A DNA stretch of 64,000 bases from Candidatus Latescibacterota bacterium (GCA_965203355.1 OZ241889.1:3456001-3520000); one strand, 5' to 3'; shown: positions 9,610-19,669, counted from the stretch's first letter. Notes: generated by a model not told the origin, from the letters alone. Translations and numbers: made by a program.

Positions 9610-10674
9610 TCACCCGTTCCCGCCCCACGCCAGTGCTTCGGCTTCGGCGGCTGACAGGGTGAGATTGGCTTCGGCGGCTGACAGGGTGAGATTGGCTTCG
9701 GCGGCGGTTGGCTCTTGCCACTCGGAGAGCAGGTCGGCCAATTCGGCGAGGGAAGCGGTTGTCAGCAGGCGGCGGCGCAACCCGGAGGCGCGAGGCAGGC
9801 TTTTGAAGTAGAGCGCGAGGTGCTTGCGCGTCTCGCGGACGCCGACGCGCTCGCCTTTGTACGCGGCCATCAGGCGTAGCTGCTCCAGCGCCAAGTTGAC
9901 GCGCTCGGAAAGGGTGGCGCCGCTGCGGCCGGAAAAGAGCCAAGGATTGGCCAGGGCCGCCCGACCGACCATGACCGCCGCGCAGCCTGTCTCCCGCTGC
10001 ATGAGGCGGGCGTCGTCGAGGGTAAGCACGTCGCCGTTGCCGATGATGGGCAGGGCGGTGGCTTCGACGGCGCGGCCGATCCAGGGCCAGTTGGCGCGGC
10101 CCTTGTATTTTTGCACGACGGTGCGGGCGTGGATGGCTACGGCCTTAGCGCCGGCGTCCTCGCAGCGGCGCACTACTTCGAGGATGTTTATCTGCTCTTC
10201 GTCCCAACCGAGGCGCGTCTTGACGATGACTGGAACCGAGACCGCTTTGACCGTGCGCTCGACGGCTTGATAGAGCCGATCGAGATCGCGCAAATAGGCC
10301 GCGCCGCAGCCTTTGGCGACAATTTTGGGAACGGAACAGCCAAAATTGATATCCACCACTTGCGCGCCGCGCCGCTCGAATTCCCGCGCCCCATTGGCGA
10401 TCAGGTCGATGTCGTTGCCGTAGATTTGCGCGGCCAGCAGCGAGATGCCCGTGTCGGCGTAGATGGGCGCGTCGGAAAAGTCGAGCATCTGCATGCTCTT
10501 GCGCGAGCGAATGGCGATGGTGCGGCAGTTGATGAATTCAACCCCGACCAGCCGCGCTCCAAGGCGCGCGCAGATCAGGCGAAAGACCCAGTTGCTCACC
10601 CCGGCCATGGGAGCGAGGGTGAGGATGGGCATGTCTTCCTTGAAGGGACGGAGCTGGTGGGGGCCGAGTTGCAC
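9610..10674 (-). CDS. dusB: tRNA-dihydrouridine synthase (DusB-like)
   Basis: LAPMAG, DINFGC, VKTRLG, AIHART, IGNGD, MVGRAAL.NPWLF. Confidence 0.85.
   Translation of the reverse strand: MQLGPHQLRPFKEDMPILTLAPMAGVSNWVFRLICARLGARLVGVEFINCRTIAIRSRKSMQMLDFSDAPIYADTGISLLAAQIYGNDIDLIANGAREFERRGAQVVDINFGCSVPKIVAKGCGAAYLRDLDRLYQAVERTVKAVSVPVIVKTRLGWDEEQINILEVVRRCEDAGAKAVAIHARTVVQKYKGRANWPWIGRAVEATALPIIGNGDVLTLDDARLMQRETGCAAVMVGRAALANPWLFSGRSGATLSERVNLALEQLRLMAAYKGERVGVRETRKHLALYFKSLPRASGLRRRLLTTASLAELADLLSEWQEPTAAEANLTLSAAEANLTLSAAEAEALAWGGNG
9640..9705. repeat. 27-bp in-frame tandem repeat (~2.4 copies) in the dusB 3' end
   Basis: ggcttcggcggctgacagggtgagatt x2 plus a partial copy; encodes AAEANLTLS repeats. 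Confidence 0.9.
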
Positions 10675-10678
10675 GAAC

Positions 10679-11002
10679 TTACAGTGGATTTTCCATTTGC
10701 AGCCGGGCGGCGATGGCTTTTTCTCGTTCAGCCTCGGCGATCAGGCCCTTGCGCTGGTAGAACATGGACAGGCTGGTGTGGACGAGGAAGTCGTCGGGGT
10801 CGTACTCGGCGGCCTTTTGCGCCGCGCTGAGTGCTTGGTCGAGGTCGCCCAACTGCTCGTGGCAGTGCGCCATCGCTTGGTAGGCATCGGCAAACTGTGG
10901 ATCCAGGGCGATGGCTTGGGCTAGATCGTCCAAGGCACCGGCAAAGTCTCGCTGGGCAAATTTGTTCATGCCGCTCTTGTAGAGGGCCGTTTTGTCGGTC
11001 AT
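10679..11002 (-). CDS. Small tetratricopeptide repeat protein
   Basis: Start at MTDKTALY; AIALDPQFADAYQAMA and AAEYDPDDFLVHTSLS TPR motifs. Confidence 0.8.
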   Translation of the reverse strand: MTDKTALYKSGMNKFAQRDFAGALDDLAQAIALDPQFADAYQAMAHCHEQLGDLDQALSAAQKAAEYDPDDFLVHTSLSMFYQRKGLIAEAEREKAIAARLQMENPL

Positions 11003-11117
11003 GGCGTGCGCCTGTTTGGGGTGAATTGTCGATGTTGGACCATTCAAAAAGTAGCGCAAAGTAGTATATTGATGCAATGGCGTCAGGCGTGGGGATTGAA
11101 CGAATAAAGGAGGATTT

Positions 11118-12212
11118 ATGTTGCACTGGGCCTTGTTGGGCGCGGCCTTGCTGGCCGCTGTTGCCGAGGGGCAATCGCGCTTCGACATCGACTACGTAGA
11201 AAGCATTGAGCCGCGAAGTTATGTGGCATATCGCACGGCTGGAGCCATCGACATTGACGGCAATCTCGACGAGCCGTCTTGGCTGCGGGCGGATTGGACC
11301 GAGCCTTTCGTCGATATCGAGGGCGAGCGACGGCCTGTACCGCGCTTGCAGACGCGGACCAAGATGCTGTGGGACGACGAGTATTTATACATTGCCGCCG
11401 ATTTGGAGGAGCCGCACGTGTGGGCTACCATCGACCGGCGCGACGCAACGATCTACCAAGAAAACGACTTTGAGGTCTTTATCGACCCGGACGGCGATAC
11501 GCACCAGTACTACGAGTTTGAGATCAATGCCCTCGGCACGGAGTGGGATTTGTTGATGATCAAACCCTACCGCGACGGCGGCCCCTACATCAGTGCTTGG
11601 GACATCGCCGGTCTGCAAACGGCCGTGCGGGTGTGGGGCAGCCTCAATGACCCCACGGACGCGGACCAGGGCTGGTCGGTGGAGATGGCCTTCCCGTGGG
11701 CCGTACTGGCCGGTGCTACGTACAAGAAGGTGCCGCCGGTGGATGGCGCTCAATGGCGGATCAATTTTTCGCGCGTCCAATGGGCCTTGGCCATCGACGC
11801 GGGCCAGTACATCAAGGTAGAGGACCACAGCCCGGACAACTGGGTCTGGTCGCCGCAAGGGTTGGTGAACATGCACTACCCGGAAAAGTGGGGGTTCGTG
11901 CAGTTTGCCACTGAGGTCGTCGGGCGGCAAGCAGTGTCCTTTCGCCCGGCCGCGGCCGAGGAGGCCAAGCGCGTTTTGCGCGGGATCTACTATCGCCAAC
12001 AGCGGTTTCGCCGCGCACGCGGCTACTACGCGGCTAGCTTGGACTCGCTTGGCATGGAAGCGCAGGTCTTGCGGCACTTTAGCTGGCCGCCGGTCATCCA
12101 AGTGACCGACCACCAGTTTGAGGCGCACTTAGAGGAAACCGTCGATTTGGACGAGGATGGCCAGATCAACCGCTGGCTCATCCGTGCGGACTCGCGCACT
12201 TGGCGCGATTAG
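11118..12212 (+). CDS. Carbohydrate-binding family 9-like (DOMON-type) secreted protein
   Basis: Signal peptide; IDGNLDE..W, LWDDEYLYI, DFEVFIDPDGD, YYEFEINA, WSVEMAFPW, WRINFSR. Confidence 0.8.
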   Translation: MLHWALLGAALLAAVAEGQSRFDIDYVESIEPRSYVAYRTAGAIDIDGNLDEPSWLRADWTEPFVDIEGERRPVPRLQTRTKMLWDDEYLYIAADLEEPHVWATIDRRDATIYQENDFEVFIDPDGDTHQYYEFEINALGTEWDLLMIKPYRDGGPYISAWDIAGLQTAVRVWGSLNDPTDADQGWSVEMAFPWAVLAGATYKKVPPVDGAQWRINFSRVQWALAIDAGQYIKVEDHSPDNWVWSPQGLVNMHYPEKWGFVQFATEVVGRQAVSFRPAAAEEAKRVLRGIYYRQQRFRRARGYYAASLDSLGMEAQVLRHFSWPPVIQVTDHQFEAHLEETVDLDEDGQINRWLIRADSRTWRD

Positions 12213-12288
12213 GGCCGTTGCCGCGCCGCCGAAATCGCCCTATACTGCCTTGTCCATAGCCAAGAACCACGTTGCCAAGGAGGCCCTT

Positions 12289-12774
12289 GTGAAGAACGGA
12301 AAACAGATACTCTTGCTCGCCTGTTGTCTTTTGGCTCCAGTCGCGCCGCTGGGGGCGCACTGCGAGATTCCCTGCGGCATTTATGGAGACGAGGCGCGTT
12401 TTGCCGCGCTGGCGGAAGATCTGACGACCATTGAGAAGGCCATGATCGAGATCGCGAGGCTGGCTGGCCAAAGCGATGACCATATCGTAAGCGAACTAGC
12501 TCGGATGATGGACGCAAACCAACTAGCTCGGTGGGTGGCGAGCAAGGAAGAACACGCCAACAGAATCCAACACGTCGTCGCTCAGTATTTTATGACGCAG
12601 CGGCTCAAGGAAGTGGAAGCAGGCGAGGAGGGAAGGGCCGCATACACTGAGAAACTGGTGCTTTTGCACAAGATGCTCCGGGGGGCCATGAAGTGCAAGC
12701 AGACGGTGGATGTGCAGGAGGTGAAGAAGATGCGGACCTTGTTACACGAGTTTAAGCACGCCTATCAAAACTAA
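12289..12774 (+). CDS. sodN: Nickel superoxide dismutase precursor
   Basis: Ni-hook HCEIPCGIY after a signal-peptide-like leader; GTG start with AAGGAGG RBS; NQL.RWV..KE.HA and MKCKQTVD motifs. Confidence 0.9.
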   Translation: MKNGKQILLLACCLLAPVAPLGAHCEIPCGIYGDEARFAALAEDLTTIEKAMIEIARLAGQSDDHIVSELARMMDANQLARWVASKEEHANRIQHVVAQYFMTQRLKEVEAGEEGRAAYTEKLVLLHKMLRGAMKCKQTVDVQEVKKMRTLLHEFKHAYQN

Positions 12775-12797
12775 CGCCTTCCCCAGCCGCGCTGGCG

Positions 12798-12837
12798 AAA
12801 GCCTCGTCTCCCTTTGTGGAGATGGGGCTTTTTGTTT
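12798..12837 (+). terminator. Rho-independent terminator after sodN (possibly bidirectional)
   Basis: Stem aagcctcgtctcc/ggagatggggctt followed by tttgtttt; lies between convergent genes. Confidence 0.75.
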
Positions 12838-15800
12838 TAGCGGAGGAGGATGAGCTTGGCGTAGCGCGGGGAACTATGTTCGATGCCGAAGCGGATGAAG
12901 TACGGACCGGTGGCCACCCAATGACCGCGATTGTTGCGGCCATCCCATTGCGTCTGGTGGGTGCCGGCGTAGAGCGGCGCGTCCACCAGCGTGCGCACCC
13001 GTTGCCCTTGGACGTTGTAGATGGCCACGTGGACGGCGGCGGCTTGGTTGAGTTGGAAGCCGAGGTGGGTAGTGGCGTTGAAGGGATTGGGCCACACTTG
13101 CAGCAAAGGGGCCGCTGCCAGTGCGGGTTCTACGGCGCGTCCGGGTGAGCAAGGGGCCTGAGTCGGCGAGGCGGTTTGGTGTGGGACGAAGGGGCCACCG
13201 GCGGGTGGGGAGCGGACGAGGGATTGGGCGGCGGGCCAAGCGGGGTGGGCAACGCTGGCGACGATGTAGCCCGTGTTGTCGATCAGGTAGATGGCTTCAC
13301 CCGTGTTGGTCAGGCCGTCGCCGATCTTTCCGTCGTCGGTATAGACCGGGGCCGTGAATCCCGTGGGACTGCCGCCGCCAAAGAGGACGACGCACGAGCC
13401 CGGGGCAATGGTGGCATTGGGTGGAAAGCGAAAGTAATCGTGGAGGGAGGCGGAGTCGCCCAACTGCCAACTCGCGAGGGAAATGGCTTCGGGACCGGCG
13501 TTGTAGAGTTCGATGAATTCGTCTTGATGGGGATCGTAGTGTCCGTCTTGGTTGGCGTCGCCGTCGGGCCCGGTGGGTGGGTCGGCGAATACTTCGCTGA
13601 TGAAGAGGGCATAGGTGGGTCTGGGCGGCGGTTTGGGCAGATCGGAGCGAGTCTGCTTCTTGGGGGCGATTCCGGGCGAAAAGGGAAGCTCGACCGGCGA
13701 GACGGTTTTGTGCGGGACCAACGCGCCATCATCGGGTGGTATGCGGACGAGGGATTGGGCGCTGGGCCACGTGGCGTGCGCCAGGAATGCGACCTCGTCG
13801 CCGCGGTCGTTGATTAGATGGATAGACTCGCCGGTGTTGGTCAGGCCGTCGCCGATTTTTCCGTCGTCGGTATAGACGGGGACGGTGAATCCCGTGGGCT
13901 TGCCGCCGCCGAATAGGACGACGTACGAGCGCGGGGCCATGACCGCGTCGGCTGGGAAGCGGAAGTAGCCACTGAGCGGGCTAGCGTCGCCGAGCCGCCA
14001 GCCCGCTAGCGAAACGGGCACAGACCCGTCGTTGTACAGTTCGATAAACTCGTCTTCGTGCGGATCGCGCCGACCATCTCGATTGGCGTCGCCAGCCAGG
14101 CCGGAAGGCGGGTCGGCGAGCACTTCGCTGATGGACAGCGGATAGGTCAAAATAGGCCGGACTTCTGGCGCGTGCCCGACTGAAAAAGGGGCTCCACGCG
14201 GCGAGACGGTTTTGTGCGGGACCAACGCGCCGCCGCCCGGTGGAATGCGGACCAGGGACTGGGCATTGGGCCACGTGGCGTGCAAGAGACGCGCGGCCTC
14301 ATGGCCATGCTCGTCGATCAGGTAGATAGACTCGCCGGTGTTGGCTAGGCCATCGCCGATTTTTCCGTCGTCAGTATAGACGGGGATGGTAAATCCCAAA
14401 GGCTTGCTGCCGCCGAATAGGACGACGTACGAGCGCGGCGCAATGACGGCCTTGGCCGGGAAGCGGAAGTAATCGCTTGGGGATCCGGCATCGCCCAGCC
14501 GCCAGCCCGCGAGGGAAATGGGGGCCGGGCCGGCGTTGTAGAGTTCGATAAATTCGTCTTCATGCGGGTCGTACTGACCGTCGCGGTTGGCGTCGCCGAC
14601 CGGGCCCTCGGGTGGGTCGGCGAGCACTTCGCTGATGAAGATCGGATAGGTCAAAATGGGCCGCGTGGTGGGGGCGTGCCCGGGCGAAAAGGGCAATTCG
14701 GCCGGCGAGGCCGTTTGGTGTGGGACGAAGGGGCCGCCGTTGGGTGGGTTGCGGACGAGGGACTGTTTGCGGGGCCACTCGTCGTGCGAGACGACATCGA
14801 TTTCGTGGCCATTGTTGTCGATTAAGCGCACCTCCTCCCCCTTGCCGGTTAGTCCGTTGCCGATTTTTCCGTCGTCAATATAGACGGGGCTGGTGAATCC
14901 CGTGGGCTTGCCGCCGCCGAATAGGACGACGTACGAGCGCGGGGCAATGACCGCGTCCGCCGGAAACTGGAAGTGGTTCTTCAGTGCGGTGCTGTCGCCG
15001 AGCCGCCAGCCAGCGAGGGAAATGAATGCCGATCCGGCGTTGTAGAGTTCGATGAATTCGTCTTCATAGGTGTTGCGCTGGCCGTCTCGGTTGACATCGC
15101 CAGCCAACCGCAAAGGCAGGTCCGCGAGCACTTCGCTGATGAAGAGGGGATAATGCGGTTTGGGGATGATGTGCGTGTGCCCGGGGGAGAAGAGGGCCTG
15201 GGTCGTCGAGACGTCTTTGTGCGGCGCCAATGCGCCGCCGTCGGAGGGATGGCGCACGAGGGATTGGTCGCTGGGCCAGTTGCCGTGCGAGATGACATCG
15301 ATTTCGTGGCCATTGACGTCGATTAGGCGTACCGCCTCCCCCTTGTTGATTAGCCCGTTGCCGATTTTTCCGTCGTCAATATAGACGGGGACGGTAAATC
15401 CCGTGGGCTTGCCGCCGCCGAATAGGATGATGTACGAGCGCGGGGCAATGACCGCATCGGCCGGAAACTGGAAGTGGTTCTTCAGTGCGGTGCTGTCGCC
15501 GAGCCGCCAGCCAGCGAGGGAAATGGGCGCGTCTCCGGCGTTGTAGAGTTCGATGAATTCGTCTTCATAGGTATCGCGCTGGCCGTCTCGGTTGGCGTCG
15601 CCCGCGTCACCGGAAGGCGGATCCGCGAGCACTTCGCTGATGAAGAGGGGATAGTCCGGTTTGGGGATGATGTGCGTGTGCCCGGGCGAAAAGAGGGCCT
15701 TGACCGTCGAGACGTTTTTGTGCGGCGCCAATACGTCGCTGTCGGAGGGATGGCGCACGAGGGACTGTTTGCTGGGCCAGTTGCCGTGCGAGACCACCGC

Positions 15801-16208
15801 GATTTTCGTGCCCGTTTCGTCGAGCAGGCGTACCACCTCGCCGCCATTGGTCAGTCCGTTGCCGATTGTTCCGTCGTCAACATAGACGGGAACGGTGAAT
15901 CCGGTGGGCTTGCCGCCGCCGAAGAGAACGACGTACGAGCGCGGGGCAATGACCGCGTCCGCCGGAAACTGGAAGAAGTCGTCCGGTGCGGTGCTGTCGC
16001 CGAGCCGCCAGCCAGCGAGAGAAACGGGCGTGTCTCCAGTGTTGTAGAGTTCGATGAATTCGTCTTGATAGGTGTCGCGCTGGCCGTCGCGATTGGCGTC
16101 GCCCGCGTCCCCAGAAGGCGGATCCGCGAGCACTTCGCTGATGACGACCGCGGCTTCGGCGATGGATGAGCAGCCAAGCAGGATGACGAAGAATAGGAGA
16201 TGGGCCAT
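12837..16208 (-). CDS. Secreted protein with six lamin-tail-domain (LTD) repeats and C-terminal FlgD/T9SS-like sorting domain
   Basis: Six ISEV(L/F)AD...DEFIELYN.G...SLA.W.LGD units; C-terminus WPNPFNATT...IYNVQGQRVRTL...WDGRN. Confidence 0.85.
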   Translation of the reverse strand: MAHLLFFVILLGCSSIAEAAVVISEVLADPPSGDAGDANRDGQRDTYQDEFIELYNTGDTPVSLAGWRLGDSTAPDDFFQFPADAVIAPRSYVVLFGGGKPTGFTVPVYVDDGTIGNGLTNGGEVVRLLDETGTKIAVVSHGNWPSKQSLVRHPSDSDVLAPHKNVSTVKALFSPGHTHIIPKPDYPLFISEVLADPPSGDAGDANRDGQRDTYEDEFIELYNAGDAPISLAGWRLGDSTALKNHFQFPADAVIAPRSYIILFGGGKPTGFTVPVYIDDGKIGNGLINKGEAVRLIDVNGHEIDVISHGNWPSDQSLVRHPSDGGALAPHKDVSTTQALFSPGHTHIIPKPHYPLFISEVLADLPLRLAGDVNRDGQRNTYEDEFIELYNAGSAFISLAGWRLGDSTALKNHFQFPADAVIAPRSYVVLFGGGKPTGFTSPVYIDDGKIGNGLTGKGEEVRLIDNNGHEIDVVSHDEWPRKQSLVRNPPNGGPFVPHQTASPAELPFSPGHAPTTRPILTYPIFISEVLADPPEGPVGDANRDGQYDPHEDEFIELYNAGPAPISLAGWRLGDAGSPSDYFRFPAKAVIAPRSYVVLFGGSKPLGFTIPVYTDDGKIGDGLANTGESIYLIDEHGHEAARLLHATWPNAQSLVRIPPGGGALVPHKTVSPRGAPFSVGHAPEVRPILTYPLSISEVLADPPSGLAGDANRDGRRDPHEDEFIELYNDGSVPVSLAGWRLGDASPLSGYFRFPADAVMAPRSYVVLFGGGKPTGFTVPVYTDDGKIGDGLTNTGESIHLINDRGDEVAFLAHATWPSAQSLVRIPPDDGALVPHKTVSPVELPFSPGIAPKKQTRSDLPKPPPRPTYALFISEVFADPPTGPDGDANQDGHYDPHQDEFIELYNAGPEAISLASWQLGDSASLHDYFRFPPNATIAPGSCVVLFGGGSPTGFTAPVYTDDGKIGDGLTNTGEAIYLIDNTGYIVASVAHPAWPAAQSLVRSPPAGGPFVPHQTASPTQAPCSPGRAVEPALAAAPLLQVWPNPFNATTHLGFQLNQAAAVHVAIYNVQGQRVRTLVDAPLYAGTHQTQWDGRNNRGHWVATGPYFIRFGIEHSSPRYAKLILLR
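13140..16150. repeat. Six intragenic repeat units (spacing 501, 501, 504, 504, 531 bp)
   Basis: Anchor acttcgctgatg recurs near 16131, 15630, 15129, 14625, 14121 and 13590. Confidence 0.9.
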
Positions 16209-16354
16209 GCCCGTGCTTGTGCAAAAGGCGGGCCAATCTGTTGGCTATACTGTTATTTGTTTAGAAACAAATAGTTGCGACTGGATACGTACTTTTTATG
16301 TCCGGCGACAATGGCCCCTTTAGGATACAGCGGCGCAGCCTGCGGGTAACACTT

Positions 16355-17269
16355 TCAGACCCAGCGATAGGTGCGAGCACCGCGACTGGAGACGCGGGCG
16401 AATTTCCAAGCCGTCAGCCACTCTTGGCGATCGCGGATTACCAGTTCGGGATGCGCTTGGCTGCGGACGAGGAGACCGGGCAGGTGGGGTCGGCCATTGG
16501 GCTTGCGCGCGTCGTTCCAGCGCAGGTCCATACTCCAGCGAATCGCGTCCGAGCGGTTGGGTTGGCTGCCGTGCGGGGTGCGGCAGTGGATGGCGATTAG
16601 GCCACCGCGTTGGACCGGGATGGCGACCGGGGCCCAAGGCGGCAGTTCTGCGGGCGCGATCGCAAAGCTGCCGCCTTGGTCGGCGGGCGGGCGCACGTGC
16701 CGTCGCAGCGGCTCTTGGTGGCAGCGGGGATAGATCATCAAGGTGCCGTTTTCTTCGTGGGCATCGACGAGGGGGATCCAAGTGGTGACGACGAGGGTGT
16801 CGTCGGCTTCGGGCAACAACACGCCGAGGTCTTGGTGCCAAGCAGTGGAGCGCGCCCATTCGCTTTGCGAGAAATGGCCGGCGTACTCGTCGCTAGCCGG
16901 GACTTTGGCGCGGATATGCTGGCAGGAATTGGCGTAGATTTCCGGGCCGATCAGGGATTCGATCAGGTCGAGCAGCCGGGGGTTGTGTAAAAAGGCGAAG
17001 ATGTTAGGCCCCAAATTGGCGGGGAAGTTGATACCGGCGGTGGCGCTGGCGTCGGCTTTCGCGAGGGGAATCAGGCGTTGGGCAAAAGGCAACTCGGCAT
17101 AATCGCGTTCTATTTTGCCGGTGGCCAACAGGCGTTGGGCCGCTTGATCGACGATTTGCTCTAGTTCCGCTTGGACTGGATCTAAGTCTGCGGGTGCCAA
17201 GGCGTCGGGCACGTGGACGTAGCCCTCGGCGTGGAAGAATGCGAGTTGCTCCGAGCTGAGGCCGGGCAT
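16355..17269 (-). CDS. Phytanoyl-CoA dioxygenase (PhyH) family protein
   Basis: WHQD iron motif, TTWIPLVDA.EENG, PHGSQPNRS..IRWS.DLR. Confidence 0.85.
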   Translation of the reverse strand: MPGLSSEQLAFFHAEGYVHVPDALAPADLDPVQAELEQIVDQAAQRLLATGKIERDYAELPFAQRLIPLAKADASATAGINFPANLGPNIFAFLHNPRLLDLIESLIGPEIYANSCQHIRAKVPASDEYAGHFSQSEWARSTAWHQDLGVLLPEADDTLVVTTWIPLVDAHEENGTLMIYPRCHQEPLRRHVRPPADQGGSFAIAPAELPPWAPVAIPVQRGGLIAIHCRTPHGSQPNRSDAIRWSMDLRWNDARKPNGRPHLPGLLVRSQAHPELVIRDRQEWLTAWKFARVSSRGARTYRWV

Positions 17270-17277
17270 GGTGCCTT

Positions 17278-18204
17278 TTAGAAGGTGCCGATGATCGAGA
17301 CCCGATGGATTTGGCCTAAGTCGGGCGAGGACGAGTAGGCGTAATCCATGGCGTAGCGGTTCATGCTCAGGCCGGCCCCGGCACTCAGGCCCAGCGACTC
17401 TTCGCCTTGGCTGCTGGTCTGTTGGGTGGTGTAGCCGGGCCGGACATAGAGGCCGGCGGCGAGTTGGATCTCAAGGCCGAAAGCTAGGTAGGAGTCGTTG
17501 TCGTTGGGCAGGTTGAAATCGGCGACCAAGAGCACGGGCACCGGCATGTGCGCGAGGTGATGGGCCAGGCCCAAGCGGATGTGTACCGGCAGCGAGTCCT
17601 TGAAACCCTCGGTGTAGCCAGAGCGCACAAAACCAAGGTTGGCGATGGCCGCGCCGAGCGTCGTGCCGGCGACCGGTGCGCGGACCAGGATGCCTAGATC
17701 GGCGAGATAAGCGTCGGAAGAAAACTCGGCGATGTTTGAATAGACGGCTTTTAGATTGGCCCCTACGGCCAGCCAGTCCGGCCCGAGCTGTTGGGCGATA
17801 GACAGATAAGCGGCGAGGTCGGTCGCCGAGAAGGTCCCTAAATCGCGCCCTTCCGCATCGGTGCGCCACAAGTCGCCGTAGGATACGTAGTGGACGCTTA
17901 GGGCGTGTACGCGCGGCCCGTTGGGCGCGGCGATAGAGGCGAAGCCAGCTTGCGAATCAACGAGATAGCTGTTGTAGGCAAGCGCGGCGGTGCGCTCTCG
18001 CAAGCCGAAGAGTCCGGCGGGATTCCAGGCCGATGCCTCGATGCTGCCAGACACGGCCGCGTAGGCCCCGCCGAGTGCGGCCGCCCGGGTGCCGACGCCG
18101 ATCTTGAGAAAGTTGAAACCCGTGGTGCCGGCGTTGGGGCTGATCGCACGAGCCGGCGTCAAGGTCGAAAGTAGGATGCAGGCCGCGAGGGCACAGTATC
18201 TCAT
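17278..18204 (-). CDS. PorV/PorQ (UPF0164) family outer-membrane protein
   Basis: Start MRYCALAA; FLKIGVGTRAAALGGA motif, WNPAGL, beta-strand pattern, C-terminal F. Confidence 0.8.
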   Translation of the reverse strand: MRYCALAACILLSTLTPARAISPNAGTTGFNFLKIGVGTRAAALGGAYAAVSGSIEASAWNPAGLFGLRERTAALAYNSYLVDSQAGFASIAAPNGPRVHALSVHYVSYGDLWRTDAEGRDLGTFSATDLAAYLSIAQQLGPDWLAVGANLKAVYSNIAEFSSDAYLADLGILVRAPVAGTTLGAAIANLGFVRSGYTEGFKDSLPVHIRLGLAHHLAHMPVPVLLVADFNLPNDNDSYLAFGLEIQLAAGLYVRPGYTTQQTSSQGEESLGLSAGAGLSMNRYAMDYAYSSSPDLGQIHRVSIIGTF

Positions 18205-18220
18205 GGTTGGTCTCCAGATT

Positions 18221-19666
18221 TCAGGCGGCTGCCTGTTCGAGGGCATAGGCTGCGCCCAGCAGGCGCGCTTCTGCGAGGGGCGGGGCCAGCAGTTGGACGC
18301 CAATGGGCAGGCCGCTGCGGCTGTGGGCAAAGGGCACGGATATGGCCGGAAGGCCGGCGAGGTTGACCGAGGCCGTGTAGATGTCGTTGAGGTACATCTG
18401 CAAGGGATCGTCGAGTTGTTCGCCGAGGCGGAAGGCGACGGTCGGGGCCACGGGCGAGACCAGCACGTCGCATGCTGCAAAAGCGCGGGCAAAGTCTTCG
18501 CGGATCAGGGTGCGGACTTGCTGGGCCTTGCGGTAGTACGCGTCGTAGTAGCCGGCGCTCAGGGCGTAGGCCCCGAGCATGATGCGGCGCTTGACCTCGG
18601 CGCCGAAGCCCTGGCTGCGCGTTTGCCAGTACATCTCCGGTAGGTCGGCGCTGCCCTCGGCGCGATAGCCGTATTTGACGCCATCGTAGCGCGCGAGATT
18701 GGCCGATGCTTCAGCCATGGCGATGATGTAATAGGTACTGATGCAGTATTCGGGGTGGCCAGCTACAGGCAGCTCGACATCCACGCACTCGGCGCCTGCA
18801 TCCACCAGGGCGTTGGCGGCATTTTGTGCTGCAGCGGCTACTTCCGCGTCGAGGGCGGCGGGAAAATGCTCGTGCGCCAAGCCCACTTTTAGGCCGCGGA
18901 CCTCTCGGTTGAGCGCGGCTCGATAGTCCGGTACTGGCGCGGTGCTGGCAGTCGAGTCGCGGGGATCGTGCCCGGCGATGGCTTGGAGCAGGAGCGCGGC
19001 GTCTTCGACATCTTTGGTCACCGGGCCGATTTGGTCGAGCGAAGAAGCATAGGCGATGAGTCCGTAGCGCGAGACGCGGCCGTAGGTGGGCTTGAGCCCC
19101 ACGACGCCGCAGTAGCTGGCCGGTTGCCGCACGGATCCGCCGGTGTCTGAGCCGAGGGCGAGGATGGTCGCGTCGGCGGCTACGGCCGCGGCGGATCCGC
19201 CGCTGGATCCGCCCGGTACGCGCTCGGGGTCGCGGGGGTTTAAGGTGGGGCCGAAGTACGAGTTTTCGCCGGACGAGCCCATGGCGAACTCGTCCATGTT
19301 GGTCTTGCCGATGAAGACCGCGTCGGCGTCGCGCAGCCGCTGGACGGCCGTGGCGTCGTAGGGGGCGATGAAGTGCTCGAGGATTTTCGAGCCGCAGGTA
19401 GTGCGCCCGCCGCGTACGCAAAGGACGTCCTTGAGGGCCAAGGGAATGCCGGCCAAAGGCCCCAAAGCCGCGCCCGCGGTGCGCCGCTGGTCGATGTCAT
19501 CGGCGCGGGCTAAGGCTCCCTCTGGATCTAGGCTGATAAAGGCGTTGAACTGGCCGTTGATTGCGCTGATGCGGTCGAGCGTAGCCTCGACTAGCTGACG
19601 AGCGGTGATGTCTCCTTGTTGCAGGCGCGCACTGAGTTCGTGGGCGGTGGCTTGGTTGAGTGCCAT
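18221..19666 (-). CDS. gatA: Asp/Glu-tRNA amidotransferase subunit A
   Basis: [50 protein letters not shown]. Confidence 0.95.
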   Translation of the reverse strand: MALNQATAHELSARLQQGDITARQLVEATLDRISAINGQFNAFISLDPEGALARADDIDQRRTAGAALGPLAGIPLALKDVLCVRGGRTTCGSKILEHFIAPYDATAVQRLRDADAVFIGKTNMDEFAMGSSGENSYFGPTLNPRDPERVPGGSSGGSAAAVAADATILALGSDTGGSVRQPASYCGVVGLKPTYGRVSRYGLIAYASSLDQIGPVTKDVEDAALLLQAIAGHDPRDSTASTAPVPDYRAALNREVRGLKVGLAHEHFPAALDAEVAAAAQNAANALVDAGAECVDVELPVAGHPEYCISTYYIIAMAEASANLARYDGVKYGYRAEGSADLPEMYWQTRSQGFGAEVKRRIMLGAYALSAGYYDAYYRKAQQVRTLIREDFARAFAACDVLVSPVAPTVAFRLGEQLDDPLQMYLNDIYTASVNLAGLPAISVPFAHSRSGLPIGVQLLAPPLAEARLLGAAYALEQAAA

Positions 19667-19669
19667 GGG

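Noticed and set aside
9640-9705. 27-bp repeat at the dusB 3' end as an integration-site duplication
   Set aside because: The copies are tandem and in frame, and no matching copy was found at the far side of the islet (~7540-7630).
8036-9943. 635-aa ORF as listed
   Set aside because: The first ~160 codons overlap dusB in another frame and read as junk. An RBS and signal peptide support GTG 9460.
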